Made by a program: the position numbers and the translations under genes
Part shown: piece after piece, positions 16,976 to 24,460 of the stretch
Layout of the letters: each line of letters opens with the position of its first letter
How positions within the stretch are numbered: position 1 is the first letter of the stretch
The notes under the pieces: generated by a model
Database searches by the model: none
What the model was told of the DNA's origin: nothing
What the model saw: only the letters and a program-made list of their open reading frames with translations
Assembly (NCBI GenBank): GCA_041742785.1
Contig: JBGTOA010000032.1
Coordinates: forward strand, 6,145-70,144
Reading direction: 5' to 3'
DNA: 64,000 nt
From: Pyrinomonadaceae bacterium
Lineage (GTDB): Bacteria > Acidobacteriota > Blastocatellia > Pyrinomonadales > Pyrinomonadaceae

Positions 16976-16997
16976 GCCCGTCTCCGGTCAGGAGGTC

Positions 16998-17903
16998 ATG
17001 TTGTCGCAATCGATGGAACAGATAGAAGGGCTGATCCGGAAGATCGAAGCGCTGCCTGATCCGGAAGCGCGCGCCAGCGCCATCGCGCTCATGCAGGCGC
17101 TAATGGAATTTCACGGCAGCGGTCTCGACCGCATGATGGAAATCATCGCGGATTCTGGAGAGGGCGGCTACGCCGTCTTTGATCGTTTTGCGGCTGATGA
17201 TCTGGTTGGCAGTTTGCTGTTGCTTTACGGTTTGCATCCGCTGCCGCTGGAAACGCGCGTAACGCAGGCGCTGGATAAAGTCCGTCCTTATCTTGATTCG
17301 CATGGCGGCAATGTGGAGTTGCTGGGGGTTGACGATGGCGTCGTGCGACTGCGCATGCAGGGCAGTTGCAAGAGCTGCCCATCTTCGGCGCTGACGCTCA
17401 AGCTGGCGATTGAGGAGGCGATCTACGCCGCCGCTCCGGATGTAGTGAGTATTGAGGCAGAAGGTGTCCAGGAACATTCGCCTATTTCCAAATCCGGATT
17501 CGTGCAGATCGGCAAGACGCCGGCGAACGGCAACGGCAACGGGAAAGGCAACGGCAAGGGTAACGCTCAAATCAACAAAGACGTCTGGCAGAATGTATCC
17601 GAGCTGGCGTCCCTGGCGCAGAGTTCGGTGAAGCTGATGAATATCGACGGACGCTCGATCCTTTTCTGCCGGTTGGGTGAAACTTTCTATGCGTACGGGA
17701 ATAATTGCCCGGGCTGTAGCCAGCCGCTGCAGGGTGCACAACTGGAGCTGACCAATCTCGTCTGCCCTCACTGCCGACAACAATACGATGTGATCCGCGC
17801 CGGTCGCGGCTTGGATCAGCCAAGTCTCAACCTCGAGCCGTTTCCGTTGTTGTTTGAACAGGGACGCGCGCGAGTGGCTTTGCCCCCGATGCCCCCGATG
17901 TAG
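16998..17903 (+). CDS. hydrogenase-associated Fe-S protein: NifU C-terminal-like domain + (N/G/K) linker + 4-Cys domain
   Basis: The NifU-like block is VRPYLDSHGGNVELLGVDDGVVRLRMQGSCKSCPSS. The linker is NGNGNGKGNGKGN. The C-terminal block is FYAYGNNCPGC...LVCPHCRQQYDV. There is a strong AGGAGG RBS. Confidence 0.8.
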   Translation: MLSQSMEQIEGLIRKIEALPDPEARASAIALMQALMEFHGSGLDRMMEIIADSGEGGYAVFDRFAADDLVGSLLLLYGLHPLPLETRVTQALDKVRPYLDSHGGNVELLGVDDGVVRLRMQGSCKSCPSSALTLKLAIEEAIYAAAPDVVSIEAEGVQEHSPISKSGFVQIGKTPANGNGNGKGNGKGNAQINKDVWQNVSELASLAQSSVKLMNIDGRSILFCRLGETFYAYGNNCPGCSQPLQGAQLELTNLVCPHCRQQYDVIRAGRGLDQPSLNLEPFPLLFEQGRARVALPPMPPM

Positions 17904-17919
17904 GACAGGCATGCCTGTC
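17904..17919. repeat. perfect 16-nt palindrome GACAGGCATGCCTGTC, copy 4
   Basis: It starts immediately after the TAG stop at 17901-17903. Confidence 0.8.
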
Positions 17920-17932
17920 ATTATTTTGGGCC

Positions 17933-17952
17933 GACAGACAAGCATGTCTGTC
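17933..17952. repeat. GACAGACA-N4-TGTCTGTC palindrome, copy 5
   Basis: The sequence gacagaca agca tgtctgtc lies 13 nt after copy 4 and just upstream of the GAAGGAG RBS of the next ORF. Confidence 0.8.
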
Positions 17953-17969
17953 CGACGAAGGAGAGAACC

Positions 17970-18185
17970 ATGGGAAATGAAGGTACGACCGGACCAACAC
18001 ATACGGAAGGAACGAGAAAAGGCGAGGAAATAAAAGAACAGGATGGACAAGAGCCGGGACGTGAGGACACCGGCACTTCGCACTCTGGTCGCGGACCGGG
18101 GACAAAGAGCGCTCGAGATTCGACCGCCATCAATCCTGATAGCGTTGAGTCAGGCGACGACAGCCCGAACATACCGCCGGCGTAA
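17970..18185 (+). CDS. small acidic/Gly-Thr-rich, probably disordered protein
   Basis: 71 aa. A strong RBS (GAAGGAGAG) lies 6 nt upstream of the ATG. The composition is low-complexity and I recognise no family. Confidence 0.45.
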   Translation: MGNEGTTGPTHTEGTRKGEEIKEQDGQEPGREDTGTSHSGRGPGTKSARDSTAINPDSVESGDDSPNIPPA

Positions 18186-18189
18186 GTGA

Positions 18190-18304
18190 ATTTCAGATCG
18201 CGGATCGCGGATTTTGGATTCGTGACCTTGAAACGCTATGACAAACAATTCCGAAACGGACAAGTCGGAAATCAGCAATCCGAATTCCGCAATCCGAAAT
18301 TCTG
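18190..18304. repeat. imperfect inverted repeat built from ATCCGC/GCGGAT-type short repeats
   Basis: The left arm is atttcagatcgcggatcgcggattttggattcg (18190-18222). The right arm is cggaaatcagcaatccgaattccgcaatccgaaattctg (18266-18304) and lies inside the annotated 5' end of the next ORF. Confidence 0.55.
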
Positions 18305-18945
18305 ACAGTCCCTTCGCCGTGCTGAAACGCTTCGTGCGTCAACGTGCGGTCGTGGAACGCTGCGAGTTGTGTAGTGCGGAGTTGCCGCCCGAGCACGAAC
18401 ATCTCGTTGACATTACGACGCGCCGGTTAACCTGCGCTTGTCGGGCGTGCGCGATTCTGTTTAGTGGCAAGGCGAATCAGAAGTACCGGCGCGTGCCGCG
18501 TCGGATTCGTTATCTCGGAAACTTCGAGTTAACGGATGCGCAGTGGGATAGTCTGCTGATTCCGATCAGCATGGCTTTCTTCTTCAATAGCAGCCCGGCG
18601 GGAAAAGTGATTGCCTTGTATCCCAGTCCGGCGGGCGCAACTGAGTCTCTGCTCGACTTTGAGTCGTGGGATGAAATACGACGCGCCAATCCGGTGCTTG
18701 ACGAGATGGAACCGGACACGGAAGCGTTGTTGGTTAACCGGGTGCGCGGTGCTTCAGAATATTACCTGTTGCCGATAGACGAGTGTTACAAGCTCGTCGG
18801 ACTTATTCGCACGCATTGGCACGGCCTGTCAGGCGGCACGGAAATGTGGGACGCCATCGCAAAGTTTTTTGCCCAGCTGAAGGAAAGAGCGCGACCAGCG
18901 GGAGCAGCCGAAACGTCGAGAGAACGAGAGGCAGCACATGCCTGA
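18238..18945 (+). CDS. conserved hydrogenase-cluster protein with an N-terminal Cys pair motif (DUF5947-like by recollection)
   Basis: 235 aa with CELCSAELPPEHEHLVD...LTCACRACAILF. It overlaps the next gene by 8 nt. Confidence 0.7.
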   Translation: MTNNSETDKSEISNPNSAIRNSDSPFAVLKRFVRQRAVVERCELCSAELPPEHEHLVDITTRRLTCACRACAILFSGKANQKYRRVPRRIRYLGNFELTDAQWDSLLIPISMAFFFNSSPAGKVIALYPSPAGATESLLDFESWDEIRRANPVLDEMEPDTEALLVNRVRGASEYYLLPIDECYKLVGLIRTHWHGLSGGTEMWDAIAKFFAQLKERARPAGAAETSREREAAHA

Positions 18946-19618
18946 TTTGAGTTTTGCAGTTGAAGGCGCCGAGGCCGTCGCCTATTCCGCGACGCCGCTG
19001 CTCGCGTTTAAGTTACGCATCACCAACAGCGATCCTAATGAGGAAGTGCAGTCTATCGCCTTGCGTTGCCAGCTTCAGATCGAAGCGACTCATCGCAAAT
19101 ACGGCGCGCGGGAACAGGAGCGGTTGTTGGATCTGTTTGGCGCACCGGAGCGTTGGAGTCGAACGCTGCGGGCGATGCTGTGGACGCACGCCAACGTTAA
19201 CGTGTCACTGTTTCGTGGCAGCATCGTGGTGGATCTGCCGGTAGCCTGTACTTTTGATTTCAACGTGGCCGCCGCCAAATATTTTGCGGGACTCGACGAC
19301 GGCGAAGTGCCGCTGAATTTGATGTTCAGCGGGACGATATTCTACGAGGGCCGCGATAGCGGGTTGCAGATCGAGCAAATTCCCTGGGACCGAGAAGCGA
19401 AGTTTCGCCTGCCCGTGCGCGTATGGAAGGAGATGATTGACATCTACTATCCAAACATGGCCTGGCTGTGTTTGCGTCGCGACGTCTTCGACAAATTGTC
19501 GCAGTACAAAATGGATCGCGGGATTCCTACCTGGGAAGAAACGCTCGAAAGCATTATTCCCCCGCCTAAGAACATGGAAGACGGAGAGATCGCAATCGAG
19601 GGAAACTTACCGTCATGA
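18938..19618 (+). CDS. conserved hydrogenase-cluster protein of unknown function (DUF6084-like by recollection)
   Basis: 226 aa, translationally coupled on both sides (8-nt and ATGA overlaps). Confidence 0.7.
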   Translation: MPDLSFAVEGAEAVAYSATPLLAFKLRITNSDPNEEVQSIALRCQLQIEATHRKYGAREQERLLDLFGAPERWSRTLRAMLWTHANVNVSLFRGSIVVDLPVACTFDFNVAAAKYFAGLDDGEVPLNLMFSGTIFYEGRDSGLQIEQIPWDREAKFRLPVRVWKEMIDIYYPNMAWLCLRRDVFDKLSQYKMDRGIPTWEETLESIIPPPKNMEDGEIAIEGNLPS

Positions 19619-20688
19619 CCATGAGCCTGGTGGAAAAAATCGCCGACGCGGTGCTCTACGAAGGGTACATTCTCTATCCGTACCGGCCGTCGGCAGTGAA
19701 GAACCAGCAGCGCTGGAATTTTGGCGCGCTGTGTCCGCGGTCGTACAGCGAAGCCCAGGGGGGAACGGAAAGCTGGACGATGCAGACGCAGTGTCTGCTT
19801 CAGACGAACCCGCAAACTAAGCTCGACGTGAAGGTGCGCTTTCTTCATTTGCTGACGCGCGAAGTGGGCGTGCCCCACACTGACTGCGGATTGCCGATTG
19901 GCGAGTGCGGGCACCGGCAGGTTGCGGGTACGAGTGAGCATTTCGAGCTAATGCCGGCGCTTGAGGTTAATGGGAAACTCTTGCAAACGTGGCAAGAGGC
20001 GACGGAGCGGGAAGCGATTCTTCAGGCCATTCTTCTGGACCAAATCGGTAGTCAGCCGAAGTCTTTGACGTTTGCGTTTCCATCCGTTGAGACAGTAGAG
20101 ACACTGCGCGATGAAAGCAGCGGTAAAATCGCAGGCGTACTCGTCCGCAGGCAGCAGGCGATCGAAGGAGTGATCGAGGTAAGCGCAGAGCCCGTTGTGA
20201 GCGACGTACGCAGGGTCACTATTCAAATACTTAATACGACGCCGCTGGAAGACGCGGCCCTGAAAACTCGTGATGACGCGCTGATGCGATCGTTCGTCTC
20301 GACGCACACGATCTTGACAGTGGCGCAAGGCGAGTTTGTTTCGCTGCTCGATCCGCCGGAGGCATTTCGCGAAGCGACGGCGGTTTGCAGCAATATTGGC
20401 ACCTATCCGGTGCTGGTTGGAGAAGAGGGCACGCGCGATTGCATGCTGTCGTCGCCAATCATTCTTTACGACTATCCACAGATTGCGCCCGAAAGCGCCG
20501 GCAATCTTTTCGACGGCACCGAGATAGACGAAATTCTGACGCTGCGCATCATGACCTTGACCGAGGAAGAGAAACGCGAAATGCGCGGCGCCGATGACCG
20601 CGCGCGCCAGATACTCGAGCGCACCGAGACGCTGCCAATGGAGCAGTTGCTGAAAATGCATGGCGCGATGAAAGGCGTAAAAAGGTGA
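19615..20688 (+). CDS. conserved hydrogenase-cluster protein of unknown function
   Basis: 357 aa with an ATGA overlap to the upstream gene. I recognise no family. Confidence 0.65.
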   Translation: MTMSLVEKIADAVLYEGYILYPYRPSAVKNQQRWNFGALCPRSYSEAQGGTESWTMQTQCLLQTNPQTKLDVKVRFLHLLTREVGVPHTDCGLPIGECGHRQVAGTSEHFELMPALEVNGKLLQTWQEATEREAILQAILLDQIGSQPKSLTFAFPSVETVETLRDESSGKIAGVLVRRQQAIEGVIEVSAEPVVSDVRRVTIQILNTTPLEDAALKTRDDALMRSFVSTHTILTVAQGEFVSLLDPPEAFREATAVCSNIGTYPVLVGEEGTRDCMLSSPIILYDYPQIAPESAGNLFDGTEIDEILTLRIMTLTEEEKREMRGADDRARQILERTETLPMEQLLKMHGAMKGVKR

Positions 20689-20778
20689 ATGGTAAATGGT
20701 GAATAGTAAATAGTAAATAGCCGAACCACTTCGCATAACTCGGGTGATCCATTTACCACTTACTAGTCACCATTTACC
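20684..20778. repeat. heptad-periodic hairpin element (GGTAAAT/GGTGAAT repeats and their complement)
   Basis: The left arm is ggtgaatggtaaatggtgaatagtaaatagtaaatag (20684-20720). The right arm is ccatttaccacttactagtcaccatttacc (20749-20778). Confidence 0.7.
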
Positions 20779-20787
20779 GAGAAATCC

Positions 20788-21096
20788 ATGAACGAGTGGG
20801 AATGGCAACTGCTGGAAGACAAGACGCTCGTGGACCACGTGCTGGTCAGCGGCGTGCAACTGAAGCAAGGCGACCGCGTCCGATTGAAGCCGCGCGCAGG
20901 CGGCGACGTTTTTGATCTGGCATTGGCCGGGAAGATTGCAGTCGTGGAAGCGATCGAACAGGACTATGAAGGGCAAGCTCATCTCGCAGTCGTCCTGGAC
21001 GACGACCCGGGCCGCGATTTAGGGATGTTGCGACAGCCCGGTCATCGCTTCTTCTTTTCGCCGGAAGAGGTTGAACGGATAGGCGGTGAAGAGTGA
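20788..21096 (+). CDS. small conserved hydrogenase-cluster protein of unknown function
   Basis: 102 aa, between two heptad hairpin elements. I recognise no family. Confidence 0.6.
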   Translation: MNEWEWQLLEDKTLVDHVLVSGVQLKQGDRVRLKPRAGGDVFDLALAGKIAVVEAIEQDYEGQAHLAVVLDDDPGRDLGMLRQPGHRFFFSPEEVERIGGEE

Positions 21097-21176
21097 AGGG
21101 TGAAGGGCGAAAAGTGAAGGGCCAGAAACAGCGTCTGACGAATGAGAACTTGCTACTCCTTTTCACCATTCACTTA
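21085..21176. repeat. heptad-periodic hairpin element (GTGAAGG repeats and complement)
   Basis: The left arm is ggtgaagagtgaagggtgaagggcgaaaagtgaaggg (21085-21121). The right arm is ctccttttcaccattcactta (21157-21176). Confidence 0.65.
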
Positions 21177-21181
21177 TTTTT

Positions 21182-21709
21182 ATGAACGAGCCAAGCGTAA
21201 TGATTGCCTGCATTGGCAACATATTTTTGGGCGACGACGGCTTCGGCTGCGAAGTGGCAAGGCATTTAGCCGCGCAAACCTGGCCCGAAAACGTGAAGGT
21301 CGTGGATTTTGGTATTCGAGGACTCGATCTTGCCTATGCACTGCTTGACGGCGCCGATGTGACGATCTTTGTTGACGCAACTCCACTCGGGGACGAGCCC
21401 GGCACGCTCTACACGATTAAGCCGTCGCTCGGCGAAATTGAAAACAGCGACGCCGGTGCGATGGTGGATGCGCACAGCATGGATCCCCTGAAAGTCCTTA
21501 GCATGGTGAAATCAATGGGCGGCGAGTTTAAGGAAATTTTGCTGGTGGGATGCGAGCCGGCGACACTTGGTCCGGAAGAAGGCCAGATGGGTTTGAGTGA
21601 ACCAGTCGCTGCTTCTGTTCCGGAGGCAGTCAAGATTATTAAGTCGCTGGTGGCCCGAGTGCTTGAAGAAAGGAATCCCCAGGTAGTTTACGAATCACAG
21701 GGAACATGA
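21182..21709 (+). CDS. [NiFe]-hydrogenase maturation endopeptidase (HupD/HyaD/HybD family)
   Basis: IACIGNIFLGDDGFGCEVA...VVDFGIRGLDLAYALLDG...FVDA...DAHSMDP...ILLVGCEP. Confidence 0.88.
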   Translation: MNEPSVMIACIGNIFLGDDGFGCEVARHLAAQTWPENVKVVDFGIRGLDLAYALLDGADVTIFVDATPLGDEPGTLYTIKPSLGEIENSDAGAMVDAHSMDPLKVLSMVKSMGGEFKEILLVGCEPATLGPEEGQMGLSEPVAASVPEAVKIIKSLVARVLEERNPQVVYESQGT

Positions 21710-21846
21710 GGGAGTAGTAAGAAAGGAGAGAAATCAGAACTAGTGAAACGAAGTTGAGAGAGCAGCCACAGGAACGCGCGGCCGAAGCTTGAACTACACA
21801 GACATGCGCGCATCCATGGCACGTTGTTTGGAAGATTGTTGGCGGG

Positions 21847-21927
21847 ATGGCGCTGGTTGTCGCAGCGGCCGGACTATTCGCTTCGCCGGATGATATCAGG
21901 CGTTACGTTCGGATAATGAGAATGTAG
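21847..21927 (+). CDS. 26-aa micro-ORF: one hydrophobic helix plus a C-terminal DIRRYVRIMRM motif (not in the ORF track)
   Basis: It translates to MALVVAAAGLFASPDDIRRYVRIMRM-stop. The C-terminal motif recurs at the end of the next ORF. The RBS is weak. Confidence 0.4.
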   Translation: MALVVAAAGLFASPDDIRRYVRIMRM

Positions 21928-22002
21928 CAATCGCAATCCAGGTTACAAGTAACCACCCGACTTGCGATTCGCGGATTGAAAACTCGGAAGAGGAGATTGA
22001 TC

Positions 22003-22227
22003 ATGGCAAATAATGGCTCTGACGAATCGAAGGACATGTTGTATCTGGTTGGCGGTCTCGCTTTCCTGATTGCCGGCGCGGGCTTGATCATGGCGCATCC
22101 CGAAGTGCGTAAGCAGTTGCGGGCCGGACTCGATCGCGTGCTGCCCGGCGTCCAGGACAACCTAAACCTGGGACTGACCACTGTGGTGCCTGACTTTCAA
22201 CGGTACATGAAGATCCGTTCGATGTAA
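22003..22227 (+). CDS. 74-aa single-TM protein ending in DFQRYMKIRSM
   Basis: The ATG at 22003 is 6 nt after GGAAGAGGAGA. The TM helix is LYLVGGLAFLIAGAGLIMA. The C-terminal motif is shared with the micro-ORF. Confidence 0.6.
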   Translation: MANNGSDESKDMLYLVGGLAFLIAGAGLIMAHPEVRKQLRAGLDRVLPGVQDNLNLGLTTVVPDFQRYMKIRSM

Positions 22228-22405
22228 TGAGGGAGCAAAGAAGCTTGGGTCACAGCCGGCAGTCGACGCGCCGGCAGGCTGTAGTATTACTGCGGCGCAT
22301 GACTCGGGGAGAAGTGAACGGACAAGCATTGAGCCCGGCGCTCATTATTTACCATTCACTGTTCACGATTTATCAAGCTCGATACAACCCAATGCTGAGG
22401 ACCTA

Positions 22406-22999
22406 ATGTCAACTGAACCAATCGCCGCCGCAATACCCCAAACAGAAACGGTCACGTATCGGCTCGTGCCCGGGCAAAGCAAGTTTACGGTGCAGGCGTT
22501 TGCCGAGGGATTGCTTTCAGCCTTTGGCCACGATCCAGTCATTAACATCCAGGACTTCGATGGACAAGTCGAGTTTGTTCCCGGCACGTTTGCGGACGCG
22601 TCGCTCCGGATTGCCGTTAATGCGAATTCGCTTGCCGTCAGCAACGAGGTGAAAGAGAAAGACCGTTTAGAGATCCAGCAGACCATGCGCGAAGTAGTGA
22701 TGGAAACTTCCAAATACAACGAGATTGTTTTCACGAGCAGCAACATCTCGGTGAACCGACTGGCGGAAGGGCGCTGTCACATCAGAATCATTGGCGATCT
22801 GACTTTGCACGGGGCCACGCAAAAGAACCTTTGGATCTCCGTGGAAGCGACGGTGAGCGCAGACAGTCTGCGCGCGCAGGGTAATTTTTCACTGAAGCAG
22901 ACTGACTTCGGAATCAAGCCCTACTCCGCAGCCGGCGGCACAATCAAACTGAAGAACGAACTCAAGTTTTTATTTGATATGGTGGGGCAGAAACAGTGA
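22406..22999 (+). CDS. YceI-like (polyisoprenoid-binding lipocalin-like) domain protein, no signal peptide
   Basis: YRLVPGQSKFTVQAFAEGLLSAFGHDPV...LTLHGATQ...FSLKQTDFGIKPYSAAGGTIKLKNELKFLFDM. Confidence 0.75.
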   Translation: MSTEPIAAAIPQTETVTYRLVPGQSKFTVQAFAEGLLSAFGHDPVINIQDFDGQVEFVPGTFADASLRIAVNANSLAVSNEVKEKDRLEIQQTMREVVMETSKYNEIVFTSSNISVNRLAEGRCHIRIIGDLTLHGATQKNLWISVEATVSADSLRAQGNFSLKQTDFGIKPYSAAGGTIKLKNELKFLFDMVGQKQ

Positions 23000-23088
23000 G
23001 CAATGAGCAGTGAGCAGTGTGCAAAAAGGCCCTACGCCGCCATTCCTTGTTTTTGAACTGCCCACTGCGAACTGCACACAGCCCACTT
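22994..23088. repeat. weaker heptad-type inverted repeat (GTGAGCA repeats and complement)
   Basis: The left arm is cagtgagcaatgagcagtgagcagtgtgca (22994-23023). The right arm is tgaactgcccactgcgaactgcacacagcccactt (23054-23088). Confidence 0.45.
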
Positions 23089-23096
23089 CAAAAGCC

Positions 23097-23465
23097 ATGC
23101 ACGAACTTTCCATCGCCTTGAGCATGATCGAGATGGCCACCGAGGAGGTTGAGCGCCGCGGCGGCGCCCACGTTAATGCGCTGCATCTCAAACTCGGGCC
23201 GCTGTCCGGTGTCGTGAAGGATGCGCTGCTGTTTTCGTATGAGGTTGCCTGCCAAGGCACGCTACTCGAAGGCTCGCACCTTGTAATTGAAGATGTGCCC
23301 GTAGTGATCTACTGTCGGGAGTGCCAAGCCGAACGACAATTGGAATCGATCCAGCGATTCTGCTGTCCGGTTTGCGGGACGCTGACGTCCGATGTCGTCA
23401 GTGGAAAAGAAATGGAATTCGTGGCGATGGAAATCGAGGAGATGGAACCCGCCGTCGCGCTTTAG
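23097..23465 (+). CDS. hypA: hydrogenase nickel-insertion protein HypA
   Basis: MHELSIALSMIE... followed by CRECQ...CPVCG zinc motifs. The ORF track start at 23010 lies inside the repeat element, so Met30 is used. Confidence 0.9.
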   Translation: MHELSIALSMIEMATEEVERRGGAHVNALHLKLGPLSGVVKDALLFSYEVACQGTLLEGSHLVIEDVPVVIYCRECQAERQLESIQRFCCPVCGTLTSDVVSGKEMEFVAMEIEEMEPAVAL

Positions 23466-23587
23466 GTGTTTAGTTCTTAGTGCAATTCATGTGTCCGATT
23501 GGCCCTTGCGGTTAATCTTTCCTGGGGATGGTCCACCACAGAGACACAGTCACAGAGGCTGCAAAGAGGAAGGAAGACAAGGTCTCG

Positions 23588-24268
23588 ATGAGCACGCAAC
23601 CAAGACTAGTTGAGGTCAGGCAAAACGTTTTGAAGCAAAACGACGTGCTCGCACGTTCACTTCGTCAGCGCTTCGAAGCGGCGGGCGTATACGTCATCAG
23701 TCTGGTCTCCAGTCCCGGTTCCGGCAAGACCACTCTCCTGGAACAAACTCTAACGCAGCTACGCGCGCGTGGTTGTCGGGTGGCGGCGCTCGTCGGCGAT
23801 CTGGCAACTGAAAACGACGCGGCGCGTTTGGCGCGCAGCCAGGCGCCAGTGAAACAGATTATTACCGGCACGGTCTGTCATCTCGACGCTGACATGGTTG
23901 AACGTTCGCTTGACGGCTGGATCCTTAACGATCTGGACTGTCTCTTCATTGAAAACGTCGGCAACATGGTTTGTCCGTCCAGCTACGATCTGGGCGAAAA
24001 CTTGCGAATCGTGTTGATGTCCGTGACCGAAGGCGAAGACAAACCCTTGAAGTATCCGACGATCTTTAATACGGCCGACGTGGCGTTGCTTACGAAAATG
24101 GATTTGGCAACGGCGGTTGAGTTTGATCTAAGGGCAGCGCGCGAGAGCATCGAATCGGTCCGTCCGGAAATGCAGGTGCTGGAGCTGTCCGCGAAGAACG
24201 GCGACGGGATGGATGAGTATCTGCGGTTTCTTGAGGCGCGAATCAGCAGCCGCGTTGCTGTGGTATGA
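23588..24268 (+). CDS. hypB: hydrogenase nickel-incorporation GTPase HypB
   Basis: The P-loop is SSPGSGKTTLLE, followed by ENVGNMVCP and LTKMDL. An alternative start is 23528 (MVHHRD). Confidence 0.9.
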   Translation: MSTQPRLVEVRQNVLKQNDVLARSLRQRFEAAGVYVISLVSSPGSGKTTLLEQTLTQLRARGCRVAALVGDLATENDAARLARSQAPVKQIITGTVCHLDADMVERSLDGWILNDLDCLFIENVGNMVCPSSYDLGENLRIVLMSVTEGEDKPLKYPTIFNTADVALLTKMDLATAVEFDLRAARESIESVRPEMQVLELSAKNGDGMDEYLRFLEARISSRVAVV

Positions 24269-24296
24269 AGTAGATTTGTAAGCTGAAGTAGGAAGA

Positions 24297-24395
24297 TTTT
24301 CCATTTGTCATTTGAAATTCGTCATTTGCCATTTCCACTCACGTGGAACCTCTTAAAGTGACAAATGAAAAATGGAACTGACAAATGGAAAATCA
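24297..24395. repeat. heptad-periodic hairpin element (GTCATTT/CCATTTG repeats and complement)
   Basis: ttttccatttgtca (24299-24312) pairs perfectly with tgacaaatggaaaa (24380-24393). The central palindrome is ttccac tcac gtggaa (24334-24349). Confidence 0.7.
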
Positions 24396-24460
24396 AACCG
24401 ACGTTATTAATAGTGTGTCACTGATAGACAGGACTCTGAGGGATCTCCTGAAGTTGCCCT

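Noticed and set aside
15074-18083. Minus-strand ORFs of 217 aa (15074-15727) and 327 aa (17100-18083) inside hhyL and the NifU-domain gene
   Set aside because: They are antisense to genes with unambiguous hydrogenase and NifU motifs. Their Arg/Ala-rich composition is typical of reverse-frame artefacts.
19948-20736. 262-aa minus-strand ORF, and the FTIY/FTIH-rich ORFs at 20472-20759
   Set aside because: They are antisense to a translationally coupled plus-strand gene. The repetitive peptide ends are just translations of the heptad hairpin element.
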